From Chrysomallon squamiferum (Eukaryota > Animalia > Mollusca): a stretch of DNA of 64,000 nucleotides. Where the stretch lies: the NCBI GenBank assembly GCA_012295275.1, contig CM022669.1, forward strand, positions 2,170,001 to 2,234,000, given 5' to 3'. The notes below the pieces were generated by a model. That model saw only the letters and a list, made by a program, of their open reading frames with translations. It ran no database searches and was not told the DNA's origin. Of the stretch, positions 58,375 to 64,000 are shown piece after piece; position 1 is the first letter of the stretch; each line of letters opens with the position of its first letter. A program made the translations under genes and the position numbers.

Positions 58375-59040
58375 TTTTTATATTAATAAGTAAACAAACT
58401 GAAGTTATAACACATATTCCAAGTTAGGTATTTTTATATTAATAAGTAAACAAACTGAAGTTATAACACATATTCCAAATTAGGTATTTTTATATTAATA
58501 AGTAAACAAACTGAAGTTATAACACATATTCCAAATTAGGTATTTTTATATTAATAAGTAAACAAACTGAAGTTATAACACATATTCCAAATTAGGTATT
58601 TTTATATTAATAAGTAAACAAACTGAAGTTATATAACACATATTCCAAATTAGGTATTTTTATATTAATAAGTAAACAAACTGAAGTTATAACACATATT
58701 CCAAATTAGGTATTTTTATATTAATAAGTAAACAAACTGAAGTTATAACACATATTCCAAATTAGGTATTTTTATATTAATAAGTAAACAAACTGAAGTT
58801 ATAACACATATTCCAAATTAGGTATTTTTTTATATTTATAAACAAACTGAAGTTATAACACATATTCCAAATTAGGTATTTTTATATTAATTAAACAAAC
58901 TGAAGTTATAACACATATTCCAAATTAGGTATTTTTATATTAATAAGTAAACAAACTGAAGTTATAACACATATTCCAAATTAGGTATTTTTATATTAAT
59001 AAGTAAACAAACTGAAGTTATAACACATATTCCAAATTAG
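58375..59040. repeat. Young tandem array, about 12 x 56 bp
   Basis: Unit TTTTTATATTAATAAGTAAACAAACTGAAGTTATAACACATATTCCAAATTAGGTA; GTAAACAAACTG recurs at 58390, 58446, 58502, 58558, 58614, 58672, 58728, 58784 ... 58947, 59003; no spacers. Confidence 0.97.
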
Positions 59041-61190
59041 CTCCTGGGGTATTTCGGTAGACGGACCAGTCACTCGGATCAGGGTCAGGGTTTCACATAA
59101 TAGTTAATATAATTTGTATTTCTCTTTGTATTTGGCTCATTATACATACTGTTGACTGATGCAATGTAGCATGAAATTTGTTCCTGTTACTGTTGTTGTG
59201 TTGTTTTTGCTGTTTTTCTTACTGGTCATAGCTGAAAGATATTCACTAAAATAATTTAGATTTAGATTATTAATTTCTTTTTTGTATAACTGTTGTCGTT
59301 GTTGTTGATTATATTATTATTATTAAAGTTATTATTAAAGTTATTATTTTATTTTATTCTATTTTATCTATTATTTATTTATTTATTTATTTTATATATA
59401 TTTTTTTATTTAAATAAAACTTATAATATAAATACATATCATGTAACTCAATATAAATTATACCTAATGTCAAATGCTATTCATTTTAAACATAAAATAG
59501 ATAATTAGGTTTTATTTCATAAATAATTATTCCAACCACCATGACGACAAGAACACAAATAATATAATAAAAATTCATCATCAGTAACAATACAGCAGAA
59601 GTAACCGTAGCAGTAGTAATAGAAGTATTAAAGTGGTAGTAATTATTGTCCTACTGATATGTCGATGACTTTTATTATTATTATGATGATGATGATATTT
59701 TTCATATCATCATATTTTCATCAATAACAACAGACAAAATAAAACTATCATGTTACAATTCTGTTTTGTTATTCATTTAATTACTGAATCAAATTACTGT
59801 GATAATAATTATTATTTTCAATTATTTCCCGTTCCAGCCACGAGGGACTATTAAAGGTCACGCATCGCTACTCTGAGTGTGAGAAGATATATACCTGAAT
59901 GATCGCTCGATGTTAATGAGTTTTTAAAAAACGAAATTGTTCCTTTGAAAATATGTATAATAAATAAATAGCAATATCCAGTAGCTAATTAATTAAAGTG
60001 AAACAAAATCAATGAAGTAAACGAATATTATTTTCCTCATATTATCATTACTACTCCTACCCCTACTATTACAACTGCTGCTATTGTTATTAGCGTAATG
60101 ATCGTCATCATTGTCATCATCACAATCGCAATCATCATTCATAATCGTCATTTCATTATTATATTAAAAAAAAATTGTTCAATTTGCAGAAAGAAAATAA
60201 AAAAATATTATTTTAATAACTTCTAGTTTTAAAATTAATGCGCCGCCTTTGGGATTCGTGATTGTATTTGTCTGAAACTCGACTTAACTACTTTGTTGAC
60301 ATTCTCGATCGTGTTTTATCACACCCCAATAGAATATCTGTCATATACAAAATTACTTTCTGAAACGCCGGAACAACTCCAGTCTTTGGGGTTTTGTTGA
60401 AACATTTCAAAACCGACAACATGATTAACACCAAATATCCGCCCGTAAACCCTCTCAAGGGACGCGGTGTCGAGGAACGGAAGTTCATCCGCGCTCGGAA
60501 GCCTTTTACCTCGACATTAATCAAATCTCGTCAAAATTGGCAGGTATTTCCCTACTCATAACGGCTTTTCCTTGGTCTGTGATTATAGCTCTGGTTAGAT
60601 GGACATATGGTCAATTAGAGACAGATTTGCCGGCTACCTCACAGCGCTACGGTAGATCATCAACGTAATTAATTTCATCGTTTATTTTCTATATCTAACC
60701 GCCATGAATTGATCGGTGGCGCACTTCAAAAGGCAGCTCGAACTAGCAGAGAAAAATTGACAGCAATCAACTAGCGGCAAATTACTCATGAATAAGAACC
60801 CGATACTTTCACTTAAGACGAATTGATTTCCGGAGTAAGCTGGGCGAGTTTGTTGTTCCGTGATGACTGTAAGAAGAAATGTGTGCAGTGGGTAAAGCTG
60901 CAGATTTTGTTACAATGCTTCGACGGGTAGGACGGAAAACGAAGATGGTGGTTGTATGTCAGTAGTTAGAGTGCCGGTTTATTTAACCAAATAAATGTCA
61001 AAAGTTGGTTCAGATTTAATTAACATTACGCAAATTCCTTCATTAAACATTTTAAGTTGTTGTTGTTATTATTATTATTATTATTGTTATTGTCTGAATG
61101 GAACAGAACAATCAGTAAAATTAATTTGTAGAAATGTAGTAGTAGTTGCATTAACAGTAATGAAAGTGGCTGTAATAATATATGTAATAG

Positions 61191-61264
<74 letters not shown>

Positions 61265-62612
61265 TCACTGACATTCTCTACGTTTTGTTTTTTATCAGTA
61301 CTGTTTAGTTAAAACTGAGTGTTAAAACTTTATTTTGCGGAGTAATTGCCCTTAGCTTCCATATCATCACCCTAACCCTAACTTCTACGTCACTTTTTCC
61401 ATTACATCGTAACCCAACACACCTCATATAGCGTTGAAACAAGGGTTAAGTTTCAGTGCAGATCCCACAACATCGAACCTGGTTCAAGCCATAATTATAG
61501 TTGTTTTGTCGAAACTAGCGTTTTTCGTTTTTCTCTGAAATATGCCACAAAAGGTTTAATTATTTGAATGACGAAAGAACATATGGTTATCAGTCGATTA
61601 ATTGTCATACTCAACTGCTTTTATCGTTCTTCCCTTTCCGGATTTTCAACAATCTTAAGTGTAGTCCAAATTTTACATTTCCCTAATAAACACAAAGCAA
61701 AGCTAACAGCACCTGAGCCACACTTTCGAACAAAAGAACCCGTGATTTGCCACACACACTTCCGCTCGTTGATCGTCGGTCGTTTGTTGCCCGTAGCTCG
61801 ATTTTTGAATAAAAGTAACACTCAGATCCTGCCATCGATCTGTAAATAAAGGGTCTCTGTCGACTGAAAAACTTCCCATATAATTGTGGCATTTTTAATG
61901 CGAGTGTACAGATCGCGCAAATATTTATGGTTGATAAATTCTGCTGTATCGAGTCCGCCAAAACCGCTTTTAAAACAAACAAAAGACGCAAAGAGAAATA
62001 ATAATAGGAATAATAATAATAAAAAATAATAATAATAATAAATAAATTAAAAAATAATAATAATAATATAAATAAAGAACTTTAAAATGAAATTTAGATC
62101 AGTTTTTATTTCAGAATTGTTTGTCTTAAGGAATTAAAAAAAAGAGTAAATCTTTTTTTTTTTTAGCTCAGTTTAAGACCAAAAAAAAAAGAAAAAAAAA
62201 AGAAAATATTCTGTTCCTGCTTGCTTAGACGAGAAATGTATAAAATCCTTTTATAAAATATGAATATACTGTTATTAAAACAACACTTATTTGCTCGTAA
62301 ACTAAAATAAAAAAGAAGTATATATATATATACATATATAAGGGGAAAAAATCGCTCTAAAGTATAAAAAAAAAAAAAATCAGAAAAATGAAATACAAAA
62401 TTTCAAAGGAGGGTGAAAGAGAATTTTAAAGAAATAGGTTTTCTTGATAATTTAAGAACAAAACTTATTTTACGAAGTTGCTAATAATAATAATAATAAT
62501 AATAATAAAAGGGGAAAAAATCGGCTTAATAGAGAAAAGGATGCGTATAGTAATATCCTGTTTATTTTTTTAATCTATATATGTTATTAAGTATTTTTTT
62601 TATGTTTATTAA

Positions 62613-62667
<55 letters not shown>

Positions 62668-64000
62668 TAGCTAGTTTGTTGTTTGTTTGTTATTACTGTA
62701 TTTGTTTATAATTTACGCTAAAACTCATTTTATCTTGAAAATCTTCTTTACTAAAATCATTTATTTCTCCTCTTCTGTTTGTTTTATACATATCTATACG
62801 AACATTAGCTTGCGTGTGCGTGTGTGTGTGAGTGTGTGTGTGAAGTTAGAGATAAAAAAGATAAGCAACTAACATGAAGGATGATTCCATCAATAAGTTT
62901 ATTTGTACAATATTAAACGTACAATAAACAATATTCAAGTTCAAATCGGAACATTCCAAAAATATGTACATATATAACTATTTCACAGATATTATATATA
63001 TTTATACAACAAAATCTATAGTTATGTACATAAAAGAAATAAATTAAATTTCATAAAATATATTTAACATATATAATTGCTTTATTCATTCAGAACAGAT
63101 TAGCCTTCCGAACAAAACAACAACAACAACAAATTTTTTTTTTTAAAATTATTAAATATCATAACAACATACCTGATTTAAATAAATTACATTCACCCGC
63201 TCTGACAAGAAAAAATCCGCAAAAAAACCCCCAAAAATCAAATAAAAATAAATATATCACGCTAAGTATAATGATCAACAAAAATCATATATGTATAACA
63301 CAAATTTACAGTCAAATATATAATTCTCAACAACAAAAGAATTAGTGTAATATTATTTGAAAAAAGTGTTCTTTGCAACAAATAAATAGTAATGAGGCTC
63401 ATTTTTAAGAACAATAATTGTTTACTTGTTCATTTTAATAGCTGTTAAACTTTAATTAGATACCTAATTATTTACATATATACAAATTAATTATGTTCAC
63501 CAGTTTACATCGTTTCTAGTGATGTTGTCATTTAAACTATATTCATATCTATTTGTAAAATAACTAATATAAATTAAAAATGTATATAAATATACAGGAA
63601 ACCTATTTTCTAAAATAAATATTTTGGAAAACAAAACTGACATTTTTTGGTGAAATGTAAGTATTGTTTTTCTTTCATTTGATGGGTTATTATTATTGTT
63701 ATTATTATTTTATTTATTTATTTATTTATTTTTAATTTTACTATTATCTGGTCATTTTCCTTCCCCTGGTTTCTCCTTCTTGAATAATCATTACATCTAC
63801 TGAAAAATGTAAAAATTAAATATCAGTTAACGAAAATATTAAAGAAACGTAATTGGTACGAAAATGATGTGATTGCGTCTGCTCTTAATTTAAATGAAGA
63901 TATTTAAACAATGGACAGTGCAACTAATAATATCGTGGCAATATGGCATAACCTGAGATAGAATTGGTTTCCATGTATTTATAAACCCGATGTAAACTTA

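Noticed and set aside
58375-59040. CRISPR-like array
   Set aside because: Units are contiguous with no unique spacers, there are no cas genes, and the context is eukaryotic.

Overview
AT-rich, microsatellite-dense animal genomic DNA (eukaryotic with GT-AG introns; probably an invertebrate such as a mollusc or other lophotrochozoan, which is an inference). Two protein-coding genes are well supported, both on the + strand. (1) An ankyrin-repeat/SOCS-box (ASB-like) gene with an intronless CDS at 101-1186. (2) A SKOR (SKOR1/2, CORL/fussel) SKI-family corepressor, reconstructed by hand as 8 coding exons from 34641 to 45462 (about 663 codons), plus an unresolved upstream phase-1 first exon. The rest is a gene-poor region of simple repeats alternating with CpG-richer, complex islands that look like cis-regulatory elements. 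It also holds two TIR-bounded MITEs, a young 12 x 56-bp tandem array, two older minisatellites and small repeat relics. Most short ORFs in the track are microsatellite artefacts. No CRISPR array, rRNA, intact tRNA or transposase was found, and I cannot claim a demonstrated new system. The best leads are a frame-setting 25-nt microexon with UGC motifs in SKOR, a run of symmetric phase-1 exons whose splice sites are built from microsatellites, and an inverted pair of HES/Hairy-type sites upstream of SKOR.
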